Source: Octopus vulgaris (Eukaryota). Taken from it: DNA of 64,000 nucleotides. Positions 1 through 13,222 of this stretch are shown one piece after another (position 1 is the stretch's first letter; every line of letters starts with the position of its first letter). The notes below the pieces were generated by a model. The model was not told where the DNA came from. It ran no database searches and saw only the letters and a list, made by a program, of their open reading frames with translations. The position numbers and the translations under genes are program-made. Location: assembly GCA_951406725.2 (NCBI GenBank), contig OX597820.1, forward strand, positions 40,238,001 to 40,302,000. Reading direction: 5' to 3'.

Positions 1-140
1 CACTCACACACACTCGCATACGTATGATTTGTATGAATTGAATGAGAAGTTCACAGTCAATTCTTAGTTACTTAACGGTTGTGAACAGCCAGAGGGGTGA
101 AAATTACTACATCGCATACATCATATATACATACATGCAT

Positions 141-220
141 TTATGTATGTATGTATGATGTATGTATGTATGTATGTATGTATGTATGTATGTATGTATG
201 TATGTATGTATGTATGTATG

Positions 221-250
<30 letters not shown>
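141..250. repeat. (TATG)n microsatellite
   Basis: Pure tetranucleotide run. Confidence 0.95.
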
Positions 251-251
<1 letters not shown>

Positions 252-765
252 TCCAGTACAGCCTGTTGCCTGGTCGGGTCGTCGGCGACTAAACCGGCAA
301 CCCCACCAAGCTTGCTTGGTGAGGAAGGTATTTATTGGACACCCTGCGGGATGAAAAACAAAGCCCGTCAAAGGGCGGAGGAACTCTTGAGAGTCAACGG
401 CCATCCAATAAACGTCTTAAGGATGTATCATGCGCGGGGACATAGAAATAATCGGACTGAATACCCGATCGCGCGGTTAAACCATTGGGAGTGAATGACT
501 CCTAGCCTTTGTTAGGGCATCCTTCTAGGAGAAGGTAACTCAGGTAACTGGGATAACTCCGACATAAAATCTGCGGATCAGTGGTTACCGATGATGTTGA
601 CTTGTTCTTCTTTTCGGATTATAGCTGCTGTTGCTTAGCGAGTGGGATTGACTCAGTACACAGCCTTTCCTCACTTTAAAAAATCTTGCACAGGCATTGC
701 ACGATAACAACATTGATTAAGCTTCGTGCAATGGCCATACTCAATAACGAGGAGGCAGCCACCGT
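251..765. mobile_element. RTE-LINE-related 5' UTR or non-autonomous element fragment
   Basis: GC-richer block between two TATG tracts. Motifs GGCATCCTTCTAGGAGAAGGTAACTC and (reverse complement) GCAAGATTTTTTAAAGTGAGG resemble RTE-type UTR sequences; recognised from memory, not searched. Confidence 0.45.
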
Positions 766-854
766 ATATGTATGTATGTATGTATGTATGTATGAATGTA
801 TGTATGTATATATGTATGAATCAATGAATGTGTGTATGTGTGTTTGTGTGTGTA

Positions 855-1185
855 TACCCACTATGCTGCTGGCACTCCGTCGCTTACGACGACGACGAGG
901 GTTCCAGTTGATCCGATCCACGGAACAGCTTGCTCGTGGGATTAACGTGCAAGTGGCTGAGTACTCCACAAACATGCGTACCACTTCACACACCTCTCAT
1001 GTAGATTCTGAATGACACAGAGTGGGACAAGGCTAGTACCTTGAAATACAGCTACTACTCATTTTTGCAAGCCGAGTGGACTGGAGCAGCGCGAAATAAA
1101 GTGTCTTCCTGAAGAACACAACGCGCCGCCGGGAATCGAACTTGAGACCCTACGAATACACTAACTACTAAGCCACGTCTCTACA
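855..1185 (-). mobile_element. tRNA-derived CORE-type SINE
   Basis: Minus strand reads A-box-like GTGGCTTAGTAG, B-box AGTTCGATTCCC, then CORE-like TTGTGTTCTTCAGGAAGACACTTTATTTC...CTCCAGTCCACTCGGC. Confidence 0.75.
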
Positions 1186-1350
1186 CATACACTCTATACA
1201 TTCATACGTACATACATACATACATACATACATACATACATACATACAAACATACATACATACATACATATATACATACATACACATACATATATACATA
1301 CATACGTACATACGCATGTATTTATGTATGACGTATGCGATGTATGTATA

Positions 1351-1560
1351 GTAAAGTTAATTATAAGGTTTAGCTGTAAATCAATTATGGAATATAAGCC
1401 CACGAAGTAAAATGAGGATTAGTACGCGTACTAATGCCCGCATTTTCTAATGTGGGTTTATATGCTCCCATATTGAATTATTTTCTATAGTCAATACACG
1501 GTGAAATTTTCTAATTATCTTTACAATATTTTCGCTCGCCACTGTTTCTTAACAAAAGCA
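1351..1560. repeat. Degenerate foldback element
   Basis: Perfect central palindrome ATTAGTACGCGTACTAAT (1418-1435) with imperfect arms out to 1351 and 1524. Confidence 0.6.
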
Positions 1561-1726
1561 GAATACGCGCATATACATATATAAACATATATAAACCTTT
1601 CGACATGCATATACATATTCAGACATATATATACATAGATATACATATGCACTTGTAGTATGTCTAGATAGATACATTGAACAATGTAAATAGATATACA
1701 CTCTCAAACAAGCATACATACACAAA

Positions 1727-1807
<81 letters not shown>

Positions 1808-2063
1808 CTAATATCGTATACACACGCATATACATATATATATGTTTACACATTTATAAGTTTGCATTTAAATAAGTATAGGAAAAGAATGAGAAAGAGT
1901 TGTATCTGGGTATGTATAGGGGTGCGGTATAACTATGCATCCATTTCTTATTTTATTGCTTTGTCTTTCGTTATTTACGTTCTTGATTTCTATTTTATTT
2001 CACTGATCTTTTCATGTCATCTTAAATATTTCCTTCCTTGTGTTCATACATATAAACCTACGT

Positions 2064-2094
<31 letters not shown>

Positions 2095-2133
2095 TATACA
2101 CACATACATACATACATATATACATACATACAG

Positions 2134-2189
<56 letters not shown>

Positions 2190-3061
2190 GTATATACCTA
2201 CATATATATATATGTATATATGTATATGCCATGTAGCAACTCCCATCCATTCTTTCATAGCTTTTGTTGTGTTTGTTGTTTATAAAAAAATGCATGATAG
2301 CTTGCTTTTCTAAATTTATTATTCTCTACTTTTTTTATATTAAATTTATATCTGGAATTATTGTGTTCTTTGTTGTTTTTTTTTTCTTGAAAACTTACTT
2401 GCATTCCGCTTTCATATTCTAAGTCTTTATTCTGCCTCTTATTTCATCATTGTCATGGGTTTCTTTTATATTATTGTTTTTTTTTCTTTTTCTTTTTTTT
2501 TTTTTGTCGCACACTTCATCTGAAATTTCTTAGAATTTTTATCTCTACAATTGTTTTTTTATTATTATTATTGTTTCTGCTTTTCTATATTTATGTAGAT
2601 CTTTCTCGTAGTTATCATTGTCTTGCTCCTATCCATTTTTTCCTTTTTTTACTTTTCTCTCATGTATCCTATTGTCTCTATTTCATTTCTATTCTTTAAA
2701 ATGTCTCTTCTGGTTAAAACATCATTTTAAACGACACAGCCGCAGAGTCCCCTGATTTCTTTACATTTCTTTGCATTTCCCATTATGTATTGAATTTTAC
2801 ATTGTTTTATTTTTTTTCGATATTTTTTCTTCTCCTGATTTCTCTCTATGTTGCTTTGTTATTTCATTCTCATTCTCTATACACTTAGCACTTATATATT
2901 TCTACTTAGGGCTTTATTTATTTATATACTGTGTATTTAATTGTTTACAAACAAACAATCATGAAACATGTAAATATGGATAGAGATGAATATATCAACG
3001 TATCCTCGCTCTACATGATACGTAGATATATATACACTCAAAGACACACTTCACTGTGTGG

Positions 3062-3114
<53 letters not shown>

Positions 3115-4200
3115 TGTGTGTTTTTTGTGTGTGTATGTACTTATATGCATGTGCATATATATTTATATAAACATATATATGTACATATATATGTGTGTGT
3201 ATAAATACATATATATAAAGAGAGAGAAAGAGAAAGTGAAATAGTTATATATAACTCTATCAGTTATACAAAGGCGCTAGCACAAGCATAAAGAACATTT
3301 TATAATGGCACATATGTTTTCAATGTGAAAGTGACACTGCTTTGAAGAAAATATATATATGTATGTACGAATGTATCTATCTACACACACACACGCACAC
3401 ACTCATATATAGATATATATATCTTATAAATATATATATTATGTATATATAGGAATATATATATTACTGCACATACTCGTATACATATTTACACACATAT
3501 GTCTACTCAGTTATGCACATGTATGTATCTGTGAAACTCTATGGGGTAATAAAAAATTATATTTCTCATTATTTGTAAGAGTGCTTCTGAAGAATATACG
3601 CATTTAATTTTATATATATATATATATACATACATACACACACACACATATATATATATACATATGTTTACTTTTAAAAATGTAGTAGTGTATATATTTT
3701 ATATATCATGCTTATATGCATAACTTGAGAGTTATTAATAATTCATATCTGTATGAAAATATGTGTGAGTTTGTGTCGATGCACATATTATTTAGTGTCT
3801 GTGTATATATATAAATATTCGTAGTCATATATGTGTATATATACATATATATATATTATATATCTATATATGAATGGATGAGCTTGAAGATATGTTTATG
3901 GTTAATGCATTTCAAACATCATGATCTTTTTTTCTCTCCTTCTTTAAGAATTCTCTGATCAAATGTGTAGACAGTGTTAATATTTTGACAAGGACACGTT
4001 TTGTTTACTCCTGGTTTATTTCAAGTTTATATCTTAAATTGTAACTGAAAAGAAGTTAGATACATTCAAGTGCGCATGAATCACATTTTTGCTTGCGTAT
4101 ATATATATATAAAAATGCACAAATATATGTAGCCATAGATACATACATCTATGTAATATATACGTACAAATATATATATGTATATGAATAGTCATATATA

Positions 4201-4202
<2 letters not shown>

Positions 4203-4257
<55 letters not shown>

Positions 4258-4292
4258 CACATATATATATATATATATATGTTATATATATG

Positions 4293-4350
<58 letters not shown>
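4203..4350. repeat. (TA)n microsatellite cluster
   Basis: Dinucleotide runs. Confidence 0.9.
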
Positions 4351-4351
<1 letters not shown>

Positions 4352-4518
4352 GTATGTGGGCATGTATGTGTGTTCTTACATAAGTTTCTGTGTAGTAGTG
4401 TACCAGTGTATACGTTTTGTAGATATGTATTATATGAATATATAAAAGTACTTTCTATGACTATAAGTTTTGCATGTATACATATAATTATACTTATATA
4501 TACACATACACACATACA

Positions 4519-4556
<38 letters not shown>

Positions 4557-4689
4557 CACTCTTATGTGTGGTTGTGTTAGTGTGTATGTGGATGTGTATT
4601 GACATATGTGTTGTATACATTACGATGGCTGGACATATAGAATTTCCAAATATTTTGCCTTTTGCACTGTTTGCATGCGGCAAAATAGT

Positions 4690-6050
4690 TTACATTCATT
4701 CCCTTGTTGAAAGAAGTCTACTGACAGGTACAAAATTATACCCAACAAAATTAGATTTCTTCAATTCCATAATCGTGTTGGATATTAGCATACAGTTTAA
4801 AACATCAATGGATGCCCTAACTCACTCTCCACTGATTAGTTTGGGGATGTAGCTTAGCTTTTCTAGATCATCTCTGATGAAGCTATTAACATACTTCAGA
4901 AAAGTTTCCAGTAGTATGTCAGTACAGTTGTTTAACGATGGGTTCTACATGACGTGCTAGTTAACATGTCTTGATTTCCAATCGCAGTGTTTCTTTGCTG
5001 GCTTCATTAGTTACTGGCGTTTGTCGATTTTCTCTAAAACATAGAAAAGGCTAAGTTAAAAATTTCTCATACGGTCGATTTCTTCGTATGTTAGACATTT
5101 TCATATAGGTGAAATAAGGATGAAACATCTTTATTTATTTTCTGTTGTTTACATTTTTAATCATTTAGGGTAGGAACAATTTTCTAGCATGGAAGTACTT
5201 GGTCTTTGTAATATTCTGTGTCCATCGCTACTACAGCACTCCCTTTATCGACATTTTGTCATTTCTGTTTCAGTTTAATTAAGTTGTCCCATTCAGTAGT
5301 GCTGATGTTTGTGTTAATTCTTTGTTTGTATAATATATTACAAGGGAATTTCAGAATGCGATCACTAAAGCCACGGAGCGTTTTATTCCTATCTTTAGTC
5401 AGAAGGTAATTGCTTTTGCTTACAAGTGAGTCATCATCATTATTATAGTTAAGTAGTGCTTCTGTAGGTCAAACCTGTCTGCAAAATTCCATAATTTTAT
5501 CCTGATTACGTCTGCGTGAGACTGGGAAAAATTATAAAACTTTTACTAGTAGGTTAACTTTGTAAACTTCTTGAAAATTTTTCTTTGATAAATTTATCAC
5601 AATGGGATTTTTCTGTGTGTTTTGATCTAAAGTGTCTCTCTGTTTCTCTGAACTGAGTCTAATAAACATTTCTTGTAATTACATTCTGTTTACTGTCAGT
5701 GTTACTAATTATATTTAAATTGTTAGGAGGCTGGTTCTGTTGTAAAAGAACATTAAGCCTCTTTAGTTGTTTCTTGTTCCTTCGTTGAGAGTTACAAATA
5801 ATTCCTCGAGTGTTTCTCGTTGCTAGAAAATTAGTATTCGTAATCCTGGAGTGAATCCGTCTAGTCTTTCTAATATCTGTGTTGTCTTTATGTCTGGTTT
5901 CAGAACGATTTACTTTCAGGCGTGTGGATGGTTTTGTGTAGTTGTGTATTAGATTGTTGAGGTGATCAAATAGCATGGCTCCGTGAGCTGTAAGGCATCA
6001 AGCCCGTTAATGCACGCAAGATTCCAGGAAATCTAACAAAAATGTGTTAA
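4690..6050 (-). mobile_element. Penelope-like retroelement remnant (N-terminal part of RT, decayed)
   Basis: Minus-strand translation gives NISTTEWDNLIKLK..VDKGSAVVAMDTEYY (DKG motif at 5241-5249) and [31 protein letters not shown], matching PLE RT segments. Stops and frameshifts are present. Confidence 0.8.
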
Positions 6051-6584
6051 AAGAATGATTATGATAATAATGATAAGAGGAAAGAACATGGGTATACATG
6101 GTGATCCTTCATTCCAGTTGTTACATATGTTTCTGTATTCAGCAAGACATGACTTAATCGAACAAATGCAACAGGTTGAGACAATTTATAGGGCTAACAT
6201 GAGACAAATACATCGCCAGAGAATTGAAAATGGAATACTGTATTTCCTTATCGATTGTTTACAATGTGCCGGAGAAACTGCATCTGCTGGTTGCATCTGT
6301 GACGTCATGTGTTGCTAAATGATGAAAAATATGTAATCATCGGTATAAGGTATTACTAAGTTATACTAATATTTTTTTCTCTTCTCATTATTGTTGTGCT
6401 CTTTGTATTACGTGCTCTTTGTATTACGATAGCCCACTATCGGATATGAACAGCCTGTATGCACATGCACCGGCTGGTATTTAAGGAGGTTAACATTCCA
6501 TTTGAGACCTATGTGGAAGAATTGTCCCGAATCGAATGCATCTTGCCATATATGCATACAAACAGGCACGCACACACATACTTT

Positions 6585-6645
6585 ACTTTTACTTATAATT
6601 GTTTCAGTCATTAGACTGCGAACATGCTGGGGCACCCCTTGAAGC
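6585..6645 (-). mobile_element. SINE family A 3'-end fragment
   Basis: TTGTTTCAGTCATTAGACTGCG..CATGCTGGGGCACC matches the 3' end of the copies at 8131 and 46951. Confidence 0.65.
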
Positions 6646-6649
6646 GGTG

Positions 6650-6668
6650 TATATATATATATACATAC

Positions 6669-6752
<84 letters not shown>
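6650..6752. repeat. (TA)n microsatellite
   Basis: Dinucleotide run. Confidence 0.95.
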
Positions 6753-6758
<6 letters not shown>

Positions 6759-6922
6759 GTTGTATACTGTCAATCTAACACGAACGTGACAGTGGGGGGT
6801 ACACCACCGCTGCATAGCCCTAGGAAGCATCGACGCCTCCTGATGGCTTTGACACATTTTTCCCTGTGTACTTATATACATTTACGAAGGGGAGACAAAC
6901 ACCCCCGGCCGCCGAAGCTGCA

Positions 6923-6967
6923 TCTAGGGACACGTGTTTCAGGATCATTGTCCTTCATCGGCCCAGA
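6923..6967 (-). ncRNA. Minimal type I hammerhead ribozyme candidate
   Basis: Minus strand: UCUGGG-CCGAUGA-AGGA(caauga)UCCU-GAAAC-ACGU-GUC-CCUAGA. It has a 6-bp stem I, a 4-bp stem II, a palindromic stem III and a GUC triplet. The core carries U4C. Confidence 0.8.
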
Positions 6968-7005
6968 GTAGCAGACACCGGTCAGCTGGTGATATCTGTC
7001 TCGAC

Positions 7006-7076
7006 GGGCATATGGCGTAGTGGTTAGGAGTGCGGGCTACTAAAACCAAAATTCCGAGTTCCATTCCAAGCAGTAA

Positions 7077-7081
<5 letters not shown>
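7006..7081 (+). mobile_element. Short tRNA-derived SINE with (AAT)n tail
   Basis: A-box TGGCGTAGTGG and B-box-like GAGTTCCATTCC, followed directly by (AAT)n. Confidence 0.6.
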
Positions 7082-7143
<62 letters not shown>

Positions 7144-7295
7144 CATTATAATAATAATAATATTAATAATGATAATGATAATAATAATAATAAATAAAAA
7201 TAAAAATAATAATAATAATAACAGCAACAACAACAACAACAACAACAATAATAATAATAATAATGATGATGATGATGATGATGATGATGACGATG
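7081..7295. repeat. (AAT)n/(AAC)n/(GAT)n compound trinucleotide repeat
   Basis: Direct reading. Confidence 0.9.
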
Positions 7296-7578
7296 AACTG
7301 TCTAACATCGATATGTACTGACGTGTGTACAGATACACTGATCTGACTCATCATGAACAATATTAATTTAAATAATGCCATATTAAAATTTGCGCAAACT
7401 TGCCATTCAGTAACGAGAATTATTTTACTGTTCTTGTCTTTTGAATAGGACAGCACTCAAAATCAAACAACAAATCACTTTCCTTCATGTTAGACAGCTT
7501 CACTAACGATGGGAAAATTCAGCACACATGAACATACAAACACAGGCACATACAAACTCACGTCCATCTATATATATT

Positions 7579-7620
<42 letters not shown>

Positions 7621-7748
7621 AAAGTGAGTGCGTGTGTGTGTGTGTGTGTGTGTGTGTAGTTAAAATTTATAGAAAAACAAAAGACGAAGACAGGTGTATG
7701 AACAAGAAGCAAGTGTATTATTTTGACAATCGAGAAAAATGAAAGAGT

Positions 7749-7784
7749 CTTTTACGTTTCGAGCCTACGCTCTTCAACAGCAAG
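7749..7784 (-). ncRNA. Hammerhead-like motif (variant core) in a short element at about 7657-7860
   Basis: Minus strand: CUUG-CUGUUGA-A-GAGC(guag)GCUC-GAAAC-GUA-AAAG. Related to the motif at 58876. Confidence 0.55.
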
Positions 7785-8130
7785 GCATAAGAGAAAATAA
7801 ACAGAAACAGAATGAACAAAGCCTGTAGATTTCTGCGGTCCAGCATGGCGAATGATTCGAAAAAAAGAGGTTGAAAGAAAGGGAGATAATAATAAAAAAG
7901 AGGTTGAATGAAAGGGAGATAATCATGTGCTAGTGATCCCAAGAAACGAATGTGCCAGTAAGTGTATGTGTATGTGAGAACGGTGTGAGTGGGTTTAAAT
8001 AGGCGCGACTGACCCTGACGTTTGTGTCTGTAATGTGTGTAGCAGTTGATGCGTGCTTTTTCATGTGATGTGTGCGCATGTGTGTGTGTGTCTGTGTGGA
8101 AGCAATGTGCATATGTGTGGTGTATATATA

Positions 8131-8331
8131 CTCTTTTACTTATTTCAGTCATTTGACTGCGGCCATGCTGGAGCACCGCCTTTAGTCGAGCAAATCGACC
8201 CCGGGACTTATTCTTTGTAAGCCCAGTACTTATTCTATCCGTCTCTTTTACCGAACCGCTAAGTGACGGGGACGTAAACACACCAGCATCGGTTGTCAAG
8301 CGATGTTAGCGGGACAAACACAGACACACAA

Positions 8332-8396
<65 letters not shown>

Positions 8397-8556
8397 TACG
8401 ACAGGCTTCTTTCAGTTTCCGTCTACCAAATCCACTCACAAGGCATTGGTCGGCCCGGGGCTATAGCAGAAGACACTTGCCCAAGATGCCACGCAGTGAT
8501 ACTGAACCCGGAACCATGTGGTTGGTTAGCAACCTACTTACCACACAGCCACTCCT
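8131..8556 (-). mobile_element. SINE family A (tRNA head, CORE-like ATCTTGGGCAAGTGTCTT, internal TA/TG tract)
   Basis: Closely similar to copies at 29239, 46951 and 61961. B-box-like GGGTTCAGT; GTAAAAGAG tail. Confidence 0.9.
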
Positions 8557-8957
8557 ATGTTGACGAAAATTATTTTTGTCCATGTATGTTGCCTGTGTAT
8601 GTATATATACCCTGTGTTGAGGTATTATGTGCTTGTGTGGGTGTGGCAGCGTGCATGATGGTGTGTGTGGTGTGGGTGCTAGGAAGTTTTCAGTGTTATT
8701 GTGTGTGGAGTGGTGTGGTATCAACTGAAGAGAGGAGGTGAGTTGAGCCCATATGGCGCAAAGGAGCGTAGAGAGAACATTAATTCCTGTTCCTCTAGAA
8801 TGTAATTATTTTATACACTTTAACTGATGCAACCAGGTAATTCATGAAATACCCAGTTATTCCATGAGATAACTGGGTAACATAATTTAACGGTAACTTA
8901 TATATACTCACACATATATTTATGTATGTGTGCCTGTATCTGTGTGTGTGTGTTTGT

Positions 8958-9003
8958 GTGAAGGAGCATGGCTCAGTGGTTAGAGCGCCGAGCTCACAAT
9001 CAT
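8958..9003 (+). mobile_element. Truncated tRNA-derived SINE head
   Basis: GCATGGCTCAGTGGTTAGAGCG A-box region with no body. Confidence 0.5.
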
Positions 9004-12000
9004 AGTGTCTGTCAAACAAAGACACTTATATATGTCTTGAAAAATCATTTGTTATTGAGTCGTTACTTTATCCCAGGTATTCTCATTCTTTGGATTATCG
9101 TCAAGTCTTTTAATTCATTGGATTTACGTTATTTTATAACTAATGTAATATTTCAATGACATTCTTTTGTTTTTTCTGGGGTATGTGTCCCCACTCACTG
9201 TGAGCAATCCATTCAATGTGAACAAATAATATGTGTACGTACTTACTGGATGAATTTCATGACAACAATATTTTTGTGATTGTGTAATAGACAAGGAGTT
9301 TAACTTGAAGTTATCATTTGGTATGAATGAAGCAGAAATATTTGTAATGAATCAGAAATATGTATCAAATCGGTTTTCTCAAAAATCTAACAATCCAGAA
9401 AAAAGTTTTATTATTGGTGAAATGCGAAATGGTTCAACACAAGTATTTCATTTGTACTTCTGTTATAAATTCAGAAGCACTGGCAGGAATAATCAGGTTG
9501 GCAGAAGTTTGAACTCCAGACGCTGGAGTACCAGCATTGATACCTTATATTATATATTCTGAGTCATTACTCTGATTCATTAAAGTATTTTAGATTATCA
9601 TAAACTTAAAGATGTGTTAACGTTGTACACCCAATATTTGCTTTCATTTCATGAGAATTGAAATTAATACGGTTATTGATAGATATTTGACGGGTATCAA
9701 ACAGAAACGCTTGCTACTTTTGTCCTGAATCTGTAATGCGGTGCATAATTGAAAGAACCTTTCAAAGATAATTGCCACTCAGATAAAGAAATCGTAGCAT
9801 TGCAAAGTTATTTGAAGAGATGTTACTGCTGAGGTGTTGGATATCGGCAAAGGCGACATTAAAATTGAATCATGAGCAATTTAGAAAACCTAATAACGTT
9901 GCCTATTTCTTGAGCATTTGGCAGGAGCCAATGAAATCTTGTGTTCAATATGAATTAAGAATATCATGCATATAGAGTGAAGTAACAGCGTGGAAACAGG
10001 CTGTAAGTGGGGAAAACTCGATAGAAGAGGATTAACATTCGTTATGTGGACAGAAGGGGGACAGAAGCCTCATTACATTTGGATAGAGATTAAGGGCAAA
10101 GGGTGAAATAAAATTGAATAGGATACATTACCTGGATGTAGTTTATGGTAAAGCTGGATACGTTTGTAACGTGAACGTATTGAAGATTTGCATAAAAGTG
10201 ATAAAATGTCTTAACTGATTGTCCATTTAAGAGAGGCAGAGATAGCTGAAATAGAAAATGGAAGCGGTTGAATAAATGATGCAAATTACCGGATACGTAA
10301 AACGGATAAACTGAATGATAATAAAGTTTCTCGCTATCTCTGAGTATGTAGGGTATTTTCCTGTAAGAAACGCAGAATCGATTATCGTTTGTAGTCGCAC
10401 GTGATTTTATTATTTCAACTGAAAGTGTGAATTCCTGTGATATATGAGTGTGCGCATTCCAAGATACACAGGAATTACAGGTTCGTATTTCAAAACAAGT
10501 GACACATTTTCGCATATGTTATATTTTCATAAATTATATGGTGCAAAAAGAGAACAACCAACAGCTAACTATAGAGATTCTATCTGGTCGGTAACAGGCC
10601 AAAAAAGAAGGCAAAAATACACAAAAATAAACAGTGTTTCACTAAATGAAACATATGTAAACAATGAGTGATGGAAAAATTTCAAGAATGGGAAATTAGC
10701 AATATTGGAAGTCTAATTACCACTGGCAAAGATATTGTGTGATTAATATATATCTATAGAGATGTTTGTGTGTATTTGTATGTACGCGCGCTTAGGTATC
10801 ATAGAGTTTTATGTAAGAAATATGTAGTTTGGGGATTTAAGGTAATATTGTAAATTATAACATGTTTGGTTATTGAAAATTGAAGGTGGAAAGTAAAACA
10901 AAAAGGGATTATATCTGAAAACTTGAAGTCAGATACATTAATCAACCACTTCATCCCACAAGTGATATTAACATCTGTCGAATACTTGGGACACGTGATT
11001 CTCGTAAAAAATGAAAATGTTCCCTTATTCAATTCAGAGGTCAACAATAAAAATATATGATTATACATTTTCATATTATTGCACATAGTGCAAAGGGGTA
11101 GCCTGTGATCTATTTTAGTTCTAAACAATGACTCAGAAAGAGTTTGAAGGGCGATACTAAAATGTTTAGTGAGCTCAATAGTTTCAATTCAGTAGATTAC
11201 AGAAAGCATTTTCTTGGCATTACACACAGAATCGCGTGCAACCACTGTGGCATAGATTGTGAGATATTAAAGCCATTGATAAGAATACAAGCTAGCTCCG
11301 ACGTCTGTTACTGACGTGTATAATGAAAGAGATACTGTTAAAACTGGTCGACTTCTTCAAATAGTAAATCACCGAGTTCACTAAAAATAAAGATGTTTTG
11401 TTGAATATTACAATACTAACAATGAAAATTAAGAAAATTTATTCGTTATTTTCTCGTAAATAACAGCAGAAAGTAAATAAAAATCAGGCGATTTACAGGA
11501 AAAATGAAATGCGTTATTTATTTATATTTTCGTTTAATTATTTATTTAATTTAGTATGAATGTATTTAAATCCCTTACGAAGAAAGATGCTCATCATTTT
11601 ACGAAATACATACCCTTCTTAAATTCTTTAAGAATATTAATTCATTTAGATTATTTGATGGACGTTTCACTCCATATATTCTAAGAATCCGATCCAATTA
11701 ATGCTGTCATGTGATGGGATTAATGAAGAAAAGGGCAATACATTATTATAATTCTTTATATTGGTTAGCGAAACCAATGCTGTAGCAATGTTCTGTGGCT
11801 AACCATTCAATTTAGCAACTCTATTAACAAGTATAATGCCTACAGACTGCGACACATAGTCAAGCACAAGCACATGCATATACATATAGTGACAGAAAAT
11901 ATACTCAGTAACACATACAAACACATATAGTTATACAAATACACACACATATATACATGTATGTGTGTGTATATATATATACGTATATGTATATATACAT

Positions 12001-12044
12001 TTGTGTGTGTGTGTATGTATATATATATGCACACACACGCACAC

Positions 12045-12962
12045 ATATTGATTGGAACATCCTATAAATGATGCAGTTTTTTATACATTTTATTTTTCAA
12101 AATTAAGATTAAAAAGTTCTTTTTAATCTAAAATATATTCTCCTTCATTTTCTACGATGCTCTTACATCTATCTGGTAGACTTGCAAGGCCCCCTCTTCC
12201 AAAATTGACTTGTTTATAACAAAAAATACTCCTCCAGTACGGTTCTGACCTCGTATACAGAATTCATATATTTCCGTCCAAATGATTTTGAAGACTGCGG
12301 AATAAATGATAAGTAGATAGGGCAATGTCCGACAAATATGGTAGGTGGGGCATTGTTTTCCATTCAAACTGTTCCCAGCCTTTAGAATATCATCCTTACT
12401 GTATGTGGTCGAGTATAGCCCTGATGGAAGAACACCTTTCGTCTTGAAACCAAACATGGTCGTTTTTCTTCTAGCGGTGGTGTCGATGAATGGTTGAATG
12501 ACCAAATCCAAGCGTCTATGCTAGCTCCTCAACAGTTACGATGGGATTTTGTTCCATCAGAGTTTGCAGGACGTCCTCGTCGAGCTCTATAGTTCTTCCA
12601 GGACGAATCTCGTCTTCTAGGTTGTAGTTTCCGGCTCAGAATTTCTGGAACCACCGTTGACAATGGCTTGCGCTTATTCTCTGATCCCTGTATACTGCAT
12701 TAATATTCCTCGCACATGCCGTTGCCTTGTTGCATTTAGAGCAAAATATGCTGAATATGCTCCTTTGTTACCTCCATTATAGCTTTGAAAAAAATATCTG
12801 TTAAACTCGAACTGCACACTTCAGAACTTGCACTAAGAATAAGGAAAAGGTAAAATTACTACCTGATGTTATAGCAAGTTGATGAGGGTAGTTTATCCCG
12901 CCCCCTCCGACTTTTAGTTCATGCAATTGAAAATATCGCGTAATTTATGGGATGACCCAATA
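12045..12962 (-). mobile_element. Mariner transposon relic (internally deleted)
   Basis: Degenerate TIRs (..CATCCTATAAATGATGC / GCGTAATTTATGGGATGACCCAATA). Minus strand encodes PHLPYLSDIALSTYHLF (YSPDLAP motif) and FWKRG-LASLPDRCKSIVENEGEYILD (mariner C-terminus). Confidence 0.85.
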
Positions 12963-12994
12963 TATATATATAGACACCCACTCTACATATTTAT

Positions 12995-13222
12995 GGCGAG
13001 CTAGCAGGAACGTTAGCACGCCGGGCGAAATGCGTAGCCGTATTTCATCTGCCGTTACGTTGTGAGTTCAAATTCCGCCGAGGTTGACTTTGCCTTTCAT
13101 CCTTTCGGGGTCGATAAATTAAGTACCAGTTACGCACTGGGGTCGATGTAAGCGACTTAATCCCTTTGTCTGTCCTTGTTTGTCCCCTCTATGTTTAGCC
13201 CCTTGTGGGCAATAAAGAAATA
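12995..13222 (+). mobile_element. SINE family B (tRNA-derived, Meta-domain-like)
   Basis: B-box GAGTTCAAATTCC, central GACTTTGCCTTTCATCCTTTCGGGGTCGATAAATTAAGTACC, and TSD-like TACATATTTATGG at 12984-12996 and 13225-13237. Confidence 0.88.

Noticed and set aside
4870-4910. CTGATGA..GAAA on the plus strand
   Set aside because: No proper stem I or III, and it is antisense to Penelope RT coding sequence.
7006-7081. Possible tRNA gene
   Set aside because: No acceptor stem or complete cloverleaf, and it runs into an (AAT)n tail; better treated as a SINE.
7718-8563. ORFs with similar peptides elsewhere (MTTDAGVFTSPSLSGS.., RGYSRRHLPK..)
   Set aside because: The similarity comes from SINE family A copies, not a protein family.
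9560-10400. Unique-looking stretch that could be a decayed TE ORF
   Set aside because: No recognisable motif in any frame I could read.
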